Shown: positions 28,797-39,300 of the stretch, piece after piece
Layout: every line of letters starts with the position of its first letter
Position numbering within the stretch: position 1 is the stretch's first letter
From: Planctomycetes bacterium UBA1146
GTDB lineage: Bacteria > Planctomycetota > UBA8108
NCBI GenBank assembly: GCA_963579555.1
Contig: CAUZHA010000010.1
Location: 133-64,132 of the forward strand
Direction of reading: 5' to 3'
Length of the DNA: 64,000 nt
Made by a program: the position numbers and the translations under genes
Notes under the pieces: generated by a model
The model's input: the letters and a program-made list of their open reading frames with translations, nothing else
Databases searched by the model: none
What the model was told of the DNA's origin: nothing

Positions 28797-29912
28797 TTGC
28801 AAAGCGAAGGGTTTGACCGGTCCAGGCTGGAGTTTCTGCCCGTACACTCGAGGCGGAGCAAGCTCGAGATGAGCGAGGTTGCCGTTGATCCGGAGGCTCC
28901 GGCCCCGGACCCGGGGCTCGCCGCGTCCGTTATCGACCGGGCCGCGGAGCGGATTATCGAAGCCAGGAAAAGGGGCGCGCCCGTCGTGCTATGCCATGGC
29001 GCCCACGTGATCAGGAACGGGTTGGCCCCGCTTCTCAGCAGGATGGTCGAGGAGGGCTGGCTGCAGCACATCGCCACCAACGGGGCCGGCTCCATCCATG
29101 ATTGGGAGTTCGCCTTCCTCGGCCGTACCTGTGAGGACGTGGAGGAATACGTCAGCAGCGGACAGTTCGGCATGTGGGAGGAGACCGGGTCCAGTATCGG
29201 CCTGGCCCTCCTGGTCGGTGCATTCGATGGCCTGGGGTATGGGCATTCCATCGGACGCATGATTGTCGAGGAGCGTATCGATGTTCCCGCTAGGGAGGAG
29301 CTGCAGGCCGCGCTGGAGGCCGGAGCCTGCGGAGGTCCGGGGGCCGCCCCCAGGGCGGCCGCGGCGGCTGATCTCCTCGATGCGATGGACAACTCCGGTC
29401 TCGATCCCGGGACGCTGAGCCTTCCGCATTCTCATTCATCGATGAGCATTCAGGCAGCGTGTTTTCGCCAGGGCGCTCGTTTTACCGTTCATCCGGGAAT
29501 TGGCCAGGACATCATCTATCCGCACCCGTTGCTCAATGGCGGGGCTGTTGGCCGCGCCTCGCTGACCGACTTCCTGCTGTATGCCGATACGATCAGCGGC
29601 CTGGAAGGCGGGGTCTACCTGAGCGTTGGCTCGGCGGTCATGTCGCCGATGATCTTTGAGAAGTCGCTTTCCATGGCCCGCAACCTCGTCCGCCGCGAGG
29701 GCGGCGCTCTCGAAGATTTTCTGATCGTGGTCAACGACCTGGCCGAGTCGACCTGGGACTGGTCGAGGGGAGAGCCGCCGATGGATCACCCAGCCTACTA
29801 CGTCCGATTCTGCAAATCCTTTTCCCGAATGGGAGGAGAGCTTCATTATGCCGGCATGGACAACAGGGCGTTTTTGTTGAATCTCTACCACCGCCTGGCC
29901 GGCACGAGCTGA
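28797..29912 (+). CDS. Deoxyhypusine-synthase-fold conserved protein
   Basis: GAHVIRNGL, HIATNGAGSIHDWE, TVHPGIGQDIIYPHP and GVYLSVGSAVMSPMIFEK motifs; start may be the ATG at 28870. Confidence 0.7.
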   Translation: MQSEGFDRSRLEFLPVHSRRSKLEMSEVAVDPEAPAPDPGLAASVIDRAAERIIEARKRGAPVVLCHGAHVIRNGLAPLLSRMVEEGWLQHIATNGAGSIHDWEFAFLGRTCEDVEEYVSSGQFGMWEETGSSIGLALLVGAFDGLGYGHSIGRMIVEERIDVPAREELQAALEAGACGGPGAAPRAAAAADLLDAMDNSGLDPGTLSLPHSHSSMSIQAACFRQGARFTVHPGIGQDIIYPHPLLNGGAVGRASLTDFLLYADTISGLEGGVYLSVGSAVMSPMIFEKSLSMARNLVRREGGALEDFLIVVNDLAESTWDWSRGEPPMDHPAYYVRFCKSFSRMGGELHYAGMDNRAFLLNLYHRLAGTS

Positions 29913-29935
29913 GTCCAGCCTTGCAGGTTCGGGAA

Positions 29936-30385
29936 TTACCCGGCAACCCGGATCTTTTTCTTTCCAGCCCTTCTTTTTTTCGCCGGCAGGCTGAAGCCTT
30001 CCCTTGTCTTGACGATTCCGGGGAGCTGTTTGGCGGTGTTGAAAACCGCGGTGTAGAAGCTCTGGGGCTTGGCCGAGGTCTTGTAGCCGGCGGCCAGGAC
30101 CTTGTTCTTGAGCTCGATGGGCCGCAGCGGGCCGCGGTCTGAGCTCAGCACTGCTGCTATGGTTTCGGCGAGAGTTTTTTCGCCTTGAGGGCGTTTATTT
30201 CTCCTGCCGCTTTTTCCATCACCGCCATTTTTCCCCAGGTCGCTGGCGCTGAATTTCTGCACCTCCAGGATCTCTTCGCAGAGCTCTTTGACCCGGGTGT
30301 TACGGGCGATGGCTGTTTCGAGGGAAGAGATGATCTTCTCGAGCTCACCTGGATTGATGGATACATCCTGGATGTTGATCTTCAT
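29936..30385 (-). CDS. Small basic protein: N-terminal coiled coil + winged-HTH-like domain + Lys/Arg tail
   Basis: TLAETIAAVLSS..GPL...EL...VLAAGYKTS...FYTAV pattern; basic linker and tail. Confidence 0.7.
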   Translation of the reverse strand: MKINIQDVSINPGELEKIISSLETAIARNTRVKELCEEILEVQKFSASDLGKNGGDGKSGRRNKRPQGEKTLAETIAAVLSSDRGPLRPIELKNKVLAAGYKTSAKPQSFYTAVFNTAKQLPGIVKTREGFSLPAKKRRAGKKKIRVAG

Positions 30386-30801
30386 GGGTGCGTGCCTCGT
30401 GGATGAAAAACTTAGAAGAATAGTTGCTGGAATAAAAGGGGGGTCGTGAGTCTCGCAATACTCTCTTCAATAGAGAGGGGGGGATAGTATGCGAGTTGGT
30501 GTATTTCCTCAAGGGGAGTGTTACGGCCGCCCGGCAGGGAGCCCGCGCTCGCCGGAGAAAAAACGGGAAAATCTATCCAACTCCGCGGCGAATGGCGGAC
30601 GACCTGAAAGAAAGTTAGTGGCGGCGGCTTATGGATGTCTGGAATTGTCGGATTAGATGAGCAAGCCTCCTCAAAGCCAATGTTTAGAGTTACGATGCGC
30701 GCCCTGATTAACGATCTCGTCTCCTGTGTCTTGTGATCTTGACCCTCATACGGCTACATCGGGAGTTTCGAAAACCATCTAGCTAGTAGGATTCATTAGA
30801 T

Positions 30802-33800
30802 ATGAGCCGCTGTCTCACCTTGCAATCAGTTCGGGTTTTTACAGTCCTCGTGGTTGGGCTTTGCGCTTGCGCCAATCTCCAGGCTGTAACGATTTCGGAG
30901 ATCATGTACTCGCCCCGGGGCGAGGTTCAGAAGCGTTTCGAGTTCATCGAGCTTTACAACGAGAACCCCGACCCGCTCGATCTCTCCGGCTATGCGATCT
31001 GCGACGGGATCAGCTTCGTTTTTCCCGAGGGAACCTGGATGGAGGGAAACTCCTTCCTGGTCGTCTGCGCTGACCAGGAGGCGATCCGGGCGCTCTACGC
31101 TATCGACAATACCGTCGGCAACTGGGCCTGGGATGGAGAGAGCGGCAACTCGCTGTCCAACGGCGGCGAGGACATCGAGATCTGCAACCCGGGCGGCCGG
31201 ACTGTCCTTCGGGTGAAATACAACGACCGCGGCAAGTGGCCGGTGGGAGCGGATGGGCTGGGACACTCCCTCGAGCTCTTCGCCCCCTACACCGACCAGG
31301 ATGATCCCGACAGCTGGATACAGTCAAGCGATCCCGGCGGCTCGCCCGGCGGCCCGAACCCCTGCTGGGAGGGGGTTGAGGTATCGGAGGGCCCCTCGGG
31401 CCCCGGCCCCATCTACGGTAACCCCGTTGGCCTGTTCCACGGGCAGCAGGATATTGGCGAGCCCTGTACGGCCGGGAGCTTCACCACGCGTACGGTCGAC
31501 GGCATCGAGAGCTACGAGATCACCGCCTCCGGCGATGGCATCGGATCCGGCAGCGACCAGCTCCATTTCGGCTATCTCCAGGTCAGGGGGAACTTTGACC
31601 TGAGGGGGCGGCTCGTTTCGCGCAACTGGCTCGAGGGCGAGGGCATGGACCGGGCGGGGATCATGGTTCGCCGCGACCTGACGGATCGTTCGGCTTTTGT
31701 CTTCGTGCACGACTCCCCGGAGCCCGACGGGGCGAGGATCCTGCGCAGGACGACGCACGACAGCGACAGCAGCGAGGAGCCCGCGTCGCTGGACACCCAC
31801 CCGGAATGGTATCGCCTGCGGCGCAGCGGCGACTCCATCACCTGCTACTATTCGACCAACGGGAGGTCGTGGCGCGCCATCGGCTCGTTCAATAGCGGAC
31901 GCACGACCTGGAACAATGGAGAGGCGGCCTATGTGGGCTTCGCCCTGACATCGAGCGGCGGCTGCGGGACGTCCTCCGTCACCTGGGAAGACGTTCAGCT
32001 CACCGGCGATGTGATCTCCAGCCCCGGAGACGGGACGCTTCCCGGCGAGGGTGAGAAGGTGAAGGTACCCGAAGATCCCGGCGGTTTCTGCCGGGACCCG
32101 CTCGGGGTCCGGATCAACGAGGGCTTCTTTCGCGGCACGGACGAGCGCTGGATTGAGCTCTACAACTCGACCTCCGGAGATGTTGACCTTGCGGGCTATT
32201 ACCTGACAGATGACCGTAACGACTCTCAGAAGGTGGAGCTGGCCGCCGACACGGTCGTTCCGGCCGGCGGCTATCTGGTGGTGACCGAGGCGGCCCTGGG
32301 GCTGGATCTCTCCATCAGCGAGGAGAGCAACGATGTCTTCCTGGCGCTCATCGAGCCGCGGGGCGGACGGGTGGTCGACGCGGTCAATTTCCGTCCGAGC
32401 CACGACGGCAAGAGCGAGTCCCGGGTACCGGACGGGGGCGAGATGCGCGATGCGGCGGAGCCCACGCCGGGGGTTGAGAACAGGCTGGATGTGGAAACGG
32501 GCATCGTGATCAACGAGATCATGTATCATCCGATCTCCAATGACAGGAACCGCGAGTTCGTAGAGCTCTACAACCGCTCGGATGTGCCGGTGGATCTGAC
32601 CGGCTGGGAGTTCACCAGCGGCTTCGAGTTCAGCTTTCCCGACAATACGGTCTTGGCGCCGGGCGGCTACCTGGTGGTGGGGCGGGATCCCGCCCTGCTC
32701 AGGTCGGTCTACGGCCTGGAAGAGGGCTCGGTGCTTGGGCCGGTTGACGAGGATGCCCTCGATGATTTCGGCAGCCTGAGCGACCGCGGCGAGCGGATTA
32801 CCCTGCAGGACGGGATGGGCCGTACGACCGACACGGTGCGCTATTTCGACGGCGGCGAGTGGCCGCGCTGGGCGGACGGCCATGGGTCCTCGATCGAGCT
32901 TATCGATCCGCTGCAGGATAACCGCTTCGGCATGGCCTGGGATGCGAGCGATGACTCGGACAAGTCCGAGGTTACCAGCTTCTCCTACACTACACGCCAT
33001 AGGGGAGGTGAATCGGAGCTCCACCTGCTGCTGTTGAGCCGGGGAATTACCGTTGTGGACAACGTCTCGGTGCTCCAGGGAGGCGCGGCCAGCGAGGATA
33101 TTCCCATCATCGACACCAACGAGATCTGGGCCTATTTCAAGGGTACCCGGGCGCCTCCCGCGAACTGGAAGGCTCTCGACTTTGATGATTCTGACTGGCT
33201 CAGCGGGCGGACCGGCATCGGCTACGGCGATGGCGATGACGAGACCGTTCTCAATGACATGCGGAACAACTATCTGACGATCTTCTGCAGGAAAATGTTT
33301 ACCGTTGACGACCCCGAAGAGCTCGAGGAGCTGGTCTTCCAGGTCACGGTTGACGATGGGTTCTACGCCTATCTCAACGGTACCCAGGTCGCCTCCTACA
33401 ACGTCAACTCACCTGCCCATGATGCGCTGGCCTCCAGCGCTGGCGAGCCCAGCCTCCAGCAGCAATCGATTACGAATTTCCGCGAGCTGCTCAACGAGGG
33501 AGAGAATGTCCTCGCAGTGCAGGTTCATAACGGAGGCTCGCTGAACAGCTCCGACCTCAGCTTCATTCCGCGCCTGGTCAACCGGGTGCCTTCGGACGTC
33601 GTCCGGGGAGATGAGCGCCTGGTGAACCCGACCTTCAATTCAAACACCAGTGGCTGGACCATCCAGGGAACCCATGTGCGTAGCGGGCGCAGCACCACTC
33701 ATTCGATCGACGGGGCCGGCTCCCTGAAGATCATCGCCTCCGGACGCGGCGACAATAAGGTTAACCGGATTGAGAGCGCCAACAGCGGTGTGCGGTCGTT

Positions 33801-36315
33801 CAGTACGCAGGAGGACCAGCTTGTTGTCTTCGATGCGAAATGGCATGTCGGATCCCAGACGCTCAACACCCACGGCTACAAGCACGAGATGGCGAAGACC
33901 CACGAGCTCGCCGTGCCTGAAAACCTCGGCAGTCCCGGGGGCCTCAACAGCGTCACCAGGAGATTGCAGGCCGGCGGCGCCGTCAACCTGGGCCCGGTGA
34001 TGACCGACCTCGTGCAGACTCCCCAGGTTCCGATCGCTGGTGAGCAGGTCCGGATCCAGGTCCGCGCGGCCGACTCCGACGGGGTCGAGAGTCTTCGCCT
34101 GCGCTGGTCGGTGAACAACCCGACGACCAATCCCTCGACGGTGGAGATGACGGAGGTGGGAGGGGGCGCCTGGGAGGCCGTGGTTCCGGCGCAGAGCGTC
34201 AACTCGAGGGTCATCTTCTTCATCGAGGCGACGGATGCCTCGGGCAACCCCGGCCGCTTCCCGGTTGATATCTCCGAGCGCTCCCATCCCATGGTGCTGA
34301 ATCCACCGACGACAGGCATTCACGACCGGCGCTATTTCATCTACTCGCAGGAGTCGACAAGGAACCCGTCCACCCGCTTCCACGATTACCGCTTCCACAC
34401 GAGTGCCTACAACGAATCTCGTCTTGGCAGCCGCAGGAGGCTCTCCAACGACCTGGTCGACGGCTCCTTCAGCTTCGGCGGCACAACGATCTACCACGAG
34501 GCGGCGATGCGCTTCTCGGGGAGTCCCTGGGCCCGCGGCAGCTGGAACGGCAGCTTCCGGGTGGTCTCGCCCCGGGACAAGCCGATCAACGGGTGGATCA
34601 GGAAGTTCAACCTGGAGGACCATCACAACAACCCGAGCAACGCCCGGGAGCGGATCGCCCATTACCTGCTGCGCCTGAACCAGGGAACGATCGCGGTGCC
34701 CTATTCGGAGGTGCAGTCGATGGCCCGCTGGCAGGTCAACACCAGGATCACGACGACCCGCGAGCATGTCTGGGTGCCGGACACCCAGTATGTCGGGCTG
34801 TGGTTCGACGAGGCCGATGGCGACTTCATCGAGATGGATGACCGCTTCGTGATCAATGACAGTGGGGACCGGACGGGAAGCAGCGATGGCTACGTCCGCT
34901 ATCCGCCGCCGAGTGAACGCAGGCAGGGGGATGGATCCAATAAGGAGAACTACCGCTGGTTCTTCGGCCTGAGGGCCAAGAACGGCGCGGATGATTTCAC
35001 CAACTTCATGGAGTTCTGCCGCCTGATGGATCCCTCCGTTACCAATAACGCGGCCTTTGAGAGCCAGGTCTGGGACAAGGTCAACGTCGAGGAGATGCTG
35101 CGCATCTGGGCGATCCGCTTCAACCAGGCTGACTGGGACACCTGGGGGACAGACCGAGGCAAGAACTGCTATTTCTACCAGGATGGTTCCGAGGGAAGAT
35201 GGCACCTGCTGGCCTGGGATATGGAGCTGACCTTCGAGACCGGTCGTCTTGACCAGTTCCTGATTCCCAGTTCGCCGAATTCGGCCTTCCGTCCCAGCGG
35301 CGGCAAGTTCGCCGAGGTGGACAGGATGTTCCAGATCCTGCCGATCAAGAAGCTCTACTACGGCATCCTTGATACGATGGTCAACGGCGACAACGCCTTC
35401 TATTCCTCCACCCGGCTGAATGAATACATGACCAAGCTCGACCGGCTGGGGATGAACGCTACGGATATCGGCAAGCCGAACGGCTACATCGACCAGCGCC
35501 GCAACCGCCTTCGCACAAGGATCGCCTCTGTCTCGAATACGGCCTTCCGGATCTCGACGAGGAACGGAGCGGACTTCTCCACCGCGGAGCGGCAGGTCTC
35601 TCTCGCCGGCACCGGGCCCGCGCGGCTGCGCCAGGTGATCTTCAATGGCGAGAGCTATCAGCTCGAGCACACGAGCATGACGGCCTGGCGGGTAGACGAA
35701 ATCCCCCTTGGGCCGGGCGAGAACCTCCTCGAGCTGCTCGCCATCGATCTCAACGGAAATGTATTTGGCGCCGACAGCATCACCGTTACCAGCACGGCGG
35801 CCTTCGAGCCGCCCACTATCAACGCCCTGGGTCCAGCCGAGGGCGTTGCCGGCGATACGATCGAGATCAGGGGTGCGAACTTCCTGCCCGGGATCACGGT
35901 GTTCTTCGGCGATACGCTCGCGCCTTCGGCGCAGAGAATCTCTCCGACGAAGATCATTGTCGAGGTGCCTGAGGGCGCAGGCGTGGTCGAGGTGACGGTG
36001 CGAAACTCCAACGGGCAGGAGGCCTCCGGGGCGACCTTCACCTACATAGCGGAGGGGGCGGTGTTCGTACGCGGGGACGCCAACAACGATGGGGCGGTCG
36101 ACATCAGCGACGCGGTTTCGGTGGTCGGCCATCTCTTCCTCGGGCTGGCCCTGGGCTGCCGGGATGCCGCCGATGCCGACGATGACGAGCAGCTGGTGAT
36201 TACCGACGCGGTCTACCTGCTCGATTTCCTCTTCAGGTCAGGCGCTCCGCCGCCGCCGCCCTACCCGGCGGCGGGAACCGACCCCGACGGCGACATCCTG
36301 GGCTGCGATTTTTAG
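30802..36315 (+). CDS. Large secreted lamin-tail-domain / CotH-kinase / IPT / dockerin-like protein, paralog 1
   Basis: ISEIMY and INEIMYHP..EFVELYN lamin-tail repeats; CotH-like DWDTW..KN..WDME; IPT/TIG (IRGANF); C-terminal RGDANNDGAVDISDAV dockerin-like motif. Confidence 0.88.
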   Translation: MSRCLTLQSVRVFTVLVVGLCACANLQAVTISEIMYSPRGEVQKRFEFIELYNENPDPLDLSGYAICDGISFVFPEGTWMEGNSFLVVCADQEAIRALYAIDNTVGNWAWDGESGNSLSNGGEDIEICNPGGRTVLRVKYNDRGKWPVGADGLGHSLELFAPYTDQDDPDSWIQSSDPGGSPGGPNPCWEGVEVSEGPSGPGPIYGNPVGLFHGQQDIGEPCTAGSFTTRTVDGIESYEITASGDGIGSGSDQLHFGYLQVRGNFDLRGRLVSRNWLEGEGMDRAGIMVRRDLTDRSAFVFVHDSPEPDGARILRRTTHDSDSSEEPASLDTHPEWYRLRRSGDSITCYYSTNGRSWRAIGSFNSGRTTWNNGEAAYVGFALTSSGGCGTSSVTWEDVQLTGDVISSPGDGTLPGEGEKVKVPEDPGGFCRDPLGVRINEGFFRGTDERWIELYNSTSGDVDLAGYYLTDDRNDSQKVELAADTVVPAGGYLVVTEAALGLDLSISEESNDVFLALIEPRGGRVVDAVNFRPSHDGKSESRVPDGGEMRDAAEPTPGVENRLDVETGIVINEIMYHPISNDRNREFVELYNRSDVPVDLTGWEFTSGFEFSFPDNTVLAPGGYLVVGRDPALLRSVYGLEEGSVLGPVDEDALDDFGSLSDRGERITLQDGMGRTTDTVRYFDGGEWPRWADGHGSSIELIDPLQDNRFGMAWDASDDSDKSEVTSFSYTTRHRGGESELHLLLLSRGITVVDNVSVLQGGAASEDIPIIDTNEIWAYFKGTRAPPANWKALDFDDSDWLSGRTGIGYGDGDDETVLNDMRNNYLTIFCRKMFTVDDPEELEELVFQVTVDDGFYAYLNGTQVASYNVNSPAHDALASSAGEPSLQQQSITNFRELLNEGENVLAVQVHNGGSLNSSDLSFIPRLVNRVPSDVVRGDERLVNPTFNSNTSGWTIQGTHVRSGRSTTHSIDGAGSLKIIASGRGDNKVNRIESANSGVRSFSTQEDQLVVFDAKWHVGSQTLNTHGYKHEMAKTHELAVPENLGSPGGLNSVTRRLQAGGAVNLGPVMTDLVQTPQVPIAGEQVRIQVRAADSDGVESLRLRWSVNNPTTNPSTVEMTEVGGGAWEAVVPAQSVNSRVIFFIEATDASGNPGRFPVDISERSHPMVLNPPTTGIHDRRYFIYSQESTRNPSTRFHDYRFHTSAYNESRLGSRRRLSNDLVDGSFSFGGTTIYHEAAMRFSGSPWARGSWNGSFRVVSPRDKPINGWIRKFNLEDHHNNPSNARERIAHYLLRLNQGTIAVPYSEVQSMARWQVNTRITTTREHVWVPDTQYVGLWFDEADGDFIEMDDRFVINDSGDRTGSSDGYVRYPPPSERRQGDGSNKENYRWFFGLRAKNGADDFTNFMEFCRLMDPSVTNNAAFESQVWDKVNVEEMLRIWAIRFNQADWDTWGTDRGKNCYFYQDGSEGRWHLLAWDMELTFETGRLDQFLIPSSPNSAFRPSGGKFAEVDRMFQILPIKKLYYGILDTMVNGDNAFYSSTRLNEYMTKLDRLGMNATDIGKPNGYIDQRRNRLRTRIASVSNTAFRISTRNGADFSTAERQVSLAGTGPARLRQVIFNGESYQLEHTSMTAWRVDEIPLGPGENLLELLAIDLNGNVFGADSITVTSTAAFEPPTINALGPAEGVAGDTIEIRGANFLPGITVFFGDTLAPSAQRISPTKIIVEVPEGAGVVEVTVRNSNGQEASGATFTYIAEGAVFVRGDANNDGAVDISDAVSVVGHLFLGLALGCRDAADADDDEQLVITDAVYLLDFLFRSGAPPPPPYPAAGTDPDGDILGCDF

Positions 36316-36390
36316 CCCGGCATAGTTTGGCGGGAGCGCAGGCCAGGGGGTATTATTGAGGAAACGAAGGCACATCCGGGGGGGAGATCC

Positions 36391-39300
36391 ATGATCCATC
36401 ATACTTACGCATCGAGCCTGTGCTTGGTGTCAGCGCCGGCAAGGTCGGCTATCGCTTACATTCTTCTTTTCGCATTGCTTGTTCTTTTTCCTGCTTCGGG
36501 GAGGCTCCATGCTCTGACCATCTCCGAGGTCATGTACCACTCCGGCGCCCTCGAGGACCAGGGTGATGAGTTCATCGAGCTCTACAATGAGAACATCGAT
36601 CCGGTCGATCTGAGCGGCTACTCGATCTGCAATGGAATCAATTTCGTCTTTCCCCGCGGCACCTACCTCGATGGTCACTCCTACCTGGTGATCTGCGCAA
36701 ACGAGGCCGCGATTCGTGGCCGCTACGGCATCACCAATACCATTGGCGACTGGATCGGCGCACTGGATAATTCCGGCGAGAGAATCGAGATCTGCAATAC
36801 CGGCGGCCGCGTCGTTACGGAGCTGCGTTACAACGACCGGGGAAAGTGGCCGGTGGGAGCTGATGGTACGGGACATTCCCTTACACTCAAGGCACCCTTC
36901 CTGGATGTAGACGATGCTGACAGCTGGCGCCTGAGCAGAGCCCTGGGAGGTACGCCGGGCAGGCCGAATGGTCCCTCTTTTGAGGCGGGGGCGGTCTTTG
37001 AGCCGCCGGCCAATGGCATGGACTCGAACGGTTTCATTCTCACCTGGCTGGTTCTCGGACCCTATACCGGAGCCGCCTGCAATATTGGCGACGCGGTCAT
37101 TCGCGCGGACTGGTTGCGTGAAGCCGGAGTCGGCACCCGGCGGCAGACGGATATGGACTGGAGGGCTGGAGATGTGGTCAATACCAGCTTTGCCAGCGCT
37201 CGCTCCACTGGCCTTCATCAGAATTCACCGACCAATACTCCTACGGTCGAGGAGTACCTCTCGTTTGGAGACACGATCGATTTCAACGAGTCGGTCTGGC
37301 CTCCGGACCCTGAAAACGTGATGGGCTACGCCTTCACCTACGTAGACAACGTCACGGGTTCGGACCTGGGAGTTACCATCGGGTGCGCGAGCGATGACGC
37401 CATCGCCGTCCTGATCAACGGCAGCCACGTACATGTGAATGATGCCTGCCGGGGTGTCGGCAATTCCGGGCAGGTCCAGGACACCGCCTCGGCGACCCTG
37501 CAGCCGGGGAAAAACCTGGTAGCCGTAAAGGTTTTCGAGAACGGCGGCGGCTGGAGCTTCAGGTTGCGTTTCCAGGAACGAGCAGGCGGCGCCCCGATCA
37601 CCGACATCTCGCAGCTCCAGATCACCACGAATGTCGATGAGGGCCTCGACTTTGACGGCAACGGCGACCCGATCGAGGACCCCGGCGGCGGAGATCCCGG
37701 GGACCCCGGACCGGACATTCTCCAGGAGGCTGGCAGCTCGCCCGTGCTCCTTAACGAGGCGCTCATGCTGACCAATGGAGAGCGCTGGATCGAGCTCTAC
37801 AACCGCTCGGGCTCGACTGTCAATCTCTCGGGGCATTATCTGACCGATGATCCCGGCAACCTCACCAAGCGGCAGTTCCCCGGAGGGACAAGTATCGTCT
37901 CCGGCGGTTACCTGACCTTCACCGACACCGAACTGGGACTCGATTTCTCGATTACCGAAGAGGAGGACAGGGTTTTTGTTGCCCTGGTGGATGACACCGG
38001 CGAGAAGGTGCTCGATGCCTACAACTTCGAGCCCGAATTTGTCGACATGAGCGAGGCCCGGATTCCTGATGGTGATGACGAATTGGAGGGCGCCTCTGTG
38101 CCGACGAGGGGCGCGGCCAACAGGATGGATGTGAACCAGGCTATCGTGATCAACGAGATCATGTACCATCCCCTTGGCGACAACGAGGACAAGGAGTACC
38201 TTGAGCTCTACAATCGGGGCGACCGGGTTGTAGACATCAGCGGCTGGGAGCTCAATCGCGGGCTCAGCTTCACCTTTCCCGCCGGCACCCGGATGTCTCC
38301 CGATACCTATCTCGTGATCGGGCGCAACCCGCGCTTGATTGAGGAGCTCCATGGCCTTCCGGCCAACTCGGTTCTCGGTCCGGAACAGGATCCGGATGCG
38401 GTTGATGACTTCAGGACCCTGCGCGACAGCGGCGAGAGGCAGACTCTCAAGGACGATCTTGGTCGCACAGTCGACACGGTACGCTATTACGATGGGGGCG
38501 ACTGGCCGCGCTGGTCGGATGGGCTGGGCTCTTCGATGGAGCTGATCGATCCCTACCAGGACAACCGCTTCGGCGCGGCGTGGGATGCGAGCGATGATTC
38601 CGACAAGGCGGAGGTTGAGCATTTCAGCTATGTGGGCCGCCACGGGGGCGGGGAGTCTGAGCTCCATGTGTTGCTCATGACGCGCGGGATGAGCCTGGTG
38701 GACAACCTCTCTATCGTCGGCGGTGCGGTTCGTAATAACGACACCGAGCTGATTGGAGATGATGAAACCTGGCGCTATTTCAAGGGGACCCAGGCGCCTC
38801 CGGCTAACTGGCAGACCTCAGGTTTCGACGATTCAGGCTGGGAGAGCGGACGGACCGGGATCGGCTACGGCGATGGCGACGACAACACGGTGCTTGATGA
38901 CATGAGGGAGAGCTACCTGACGGTCTTCTGTCGCAAGACCTTCAACGTGACCAATATCGAAGATATCAACGAGCTCATCCTCTCGATCACCGTCGATGAT
39001 GGTTTCTACGCCTATATCAACGGCGTCCAGGTCGCCTCCTACAACGTCAACAGCCCCGACTGGGACGCGCCGGCCTCGAGTGCCGGCGAGCCTACGCTGG
39101 TGGAGCGAACCCTGGAGAACCCTGGCGCGGTCCTGCGGCTCGGCGAGAACGTCCTCGCGGTGCAGGTTCACAACGGCAACCTCACCAGCTCAGATCTGAG
39201 CTTCATTCCCCGTCTCGTTGACCGGACCACGACCTTTGTCGATGGAGAGGAGCAGCTTGGTAACGGCGACTTCAACTCGAACACCCGCGGCTGGATGATA

